A model generated the notes under the pieces. The model searched no databases and was not told the origin of the DNA. It was given only the letters and a program-made list of their open reading frames with translations. From Octopus bimaculoides (lineage: Eukaryota), in NCBI RefSeq assembly GCF_001194135.2, contig NC_068988.1, positions 73,559,122 to 73,595,701 on the forward strand: a stretch of DNA of 36,580 nucleotides. Reading direction: 5' to 3'. Shown here in pieces: positions 35,436 through 36,580 of this stretch (positions are counted from its first letter, which is position 1; each line of letters begins with the position of its first letter). Made by a program: the position numbers and the translations under genes.

Positions 35436-35678
35436 ATGTGTGTGTGTGTGTATGTGTGTGTGTGTGTGCGTGTGTGTGTATATCTTTGTGTCTGTGTTTG
35501 CCTCTCATCTTGTTTGACAACCGTTGTTTGTGTGTTTACGTCCCCGTAAACTAGCGGTTCGGCAAGATACACCGATAGAATAAGTACTAGGCTTACAAAG
35601 AATAAATCATAGGGTTCATTTCTTCGACTAAAACCCTTTAAGGCGGGGACTAAGACAAGCAGAAGAATAAAAGAATAT
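35172..35678 (+). mobile_element. Full-length SINE family B with expanded internal microsatellite
   Basis: GGCGCAGGCGTGACTATGTGATAAGAAGCTTGC head, CCTTGGTCAAATGTCTTCTACTATAGCC CORE-like segment, a microsatellite at about 35335-35482 and the conserved 3' half. Confidence 0.88.
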
Positions 35679-35704
35679 CTGTGTGTGCTTGAGTGTATCA
35701 TATT

Positions 35705-35785
35705 TGTGTGTGTGTCCCACAACCGCTGGATAACCGGTGTTGGTGTGTTTACGTCCTCGTAACTTAGCAGTTCGGTAAAAAAATA
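35705..35785 (+). mobile_element. Extra internal fragment of SINE family B
   Basis: ..ATAACCGGTGTTGGTGTGTTTACGTCCTCGTAACTTAGCAGTTCGGTAAAA. Confidence 0.75.
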
Positions 35786-36251
35786 AACATATATTTCGCT
35801 TAGGCATCACGATACTAATAACCTGGTGGAGAACTCAATACACGCATGTTTCTGAATGAAGTATTAGTCGAGTACAGACAGGAATTAAAAAAAAAAGAAA
35901 TGACAAAGGAATAAACGAAGTTCATAAGATAATCGTTTATTCCTTTGTCATCTCTTTTTTTCTTATAGACACACACACACACAAACAAACAAACATTTTA
36001 TAGAAGCTGTAATATTGCACATATCTGTATCTGTATATCTGTGTATATATAAAAGAAAGGATGTTTGTGTGTGTGTGTACGTGAATGTGGTCTATGCATG
36101 TCCACAAATTAGCACGCATGTCGCTCCAATTTTAGGAGGTGATGTGTTATAACCTTATATGCATTTTGGCCAATTTTATTCTCTCAGAGGCACCCGCGTA
36201 TAGCTGTAAAAATCGATAAACTTTTACGAATTTTGAAGTTTGTTGACATGG

Positions 36252-36254
<3 letters not shown>

Positions 36255-36303
<49 letters not shown>

Positions 36304-36304
36304 A
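36255..36304. repeat. (GA)n microsatellite
   Basis: Directly visible. Confidence 0.95.
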
Positions 36305-36580
36305 ATTGTATGTTTGTGAGAGGGAGGGTGAAGGAGAGATCTATTTTGTTTGCCAGCGTCTGTGTGGTAGGCAGCAAAGCAACAAGCAAAAAGAAAAAAT
36401 ACCTTCTCTCTATATATCTCTCCCTCCCTTACACACACATGCCAGTTATCTCTCTTTCTTTCTTTCTCACACACACACACCAACATTACACACAAAACAC
36501 ATGTTGCCAAAAAGAAATACACGCTTTCTTTTTATAGTGAGTATGCCAGACAGAAAGTGTGGTGTGTATGTGAAGTTCTT

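Overview
This is a eukaryotic, AT-rich, microsatellite-dense window made almost entirely of nested, decayed transposable elements. It has four assembly gaps. The repeat repertoire strongly suggests an octopus or other coleoid cephalopod; that is inferred from repeat content and was not checked against a database. I found no convincing host protein-coding exon, rRNA, tRNA gene or CRISPR array. Most ORFs in the supplied track are microsatellite or N-run artefacts, or transposon fragments. Retroelements: several R4/Dong-like (restriction-like-endonuclease) LINE copies ending in either (TAA)n or (ACAT)n tracts, four Penelope-like (PLE) fragments, an RTE fragment and three tRNA-derived SINE families. 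DNA elements: three hAT elements, a mariner, a Tigger-like end, a Chapaev3-like fragment and two Helitrons. The most notable observations are: (1) a CpG-rich cassette packed with YY1/NRF1/ETS/BANP-like promoter motifs that interrupts a hAT transposase; (2) two minimal type-I hammerhead ribozymes with palindromic stem III; (3) a 54-bp LINE-derived segment copied exactly into a neighbouring Helitron; (4) microsatellite-associated and head-to-tail LINE insertions; (5) two pre-miRNA/ADAR-like hairpins. All translations and folds were done by eye, so coordinates of decayed elements are approximate.
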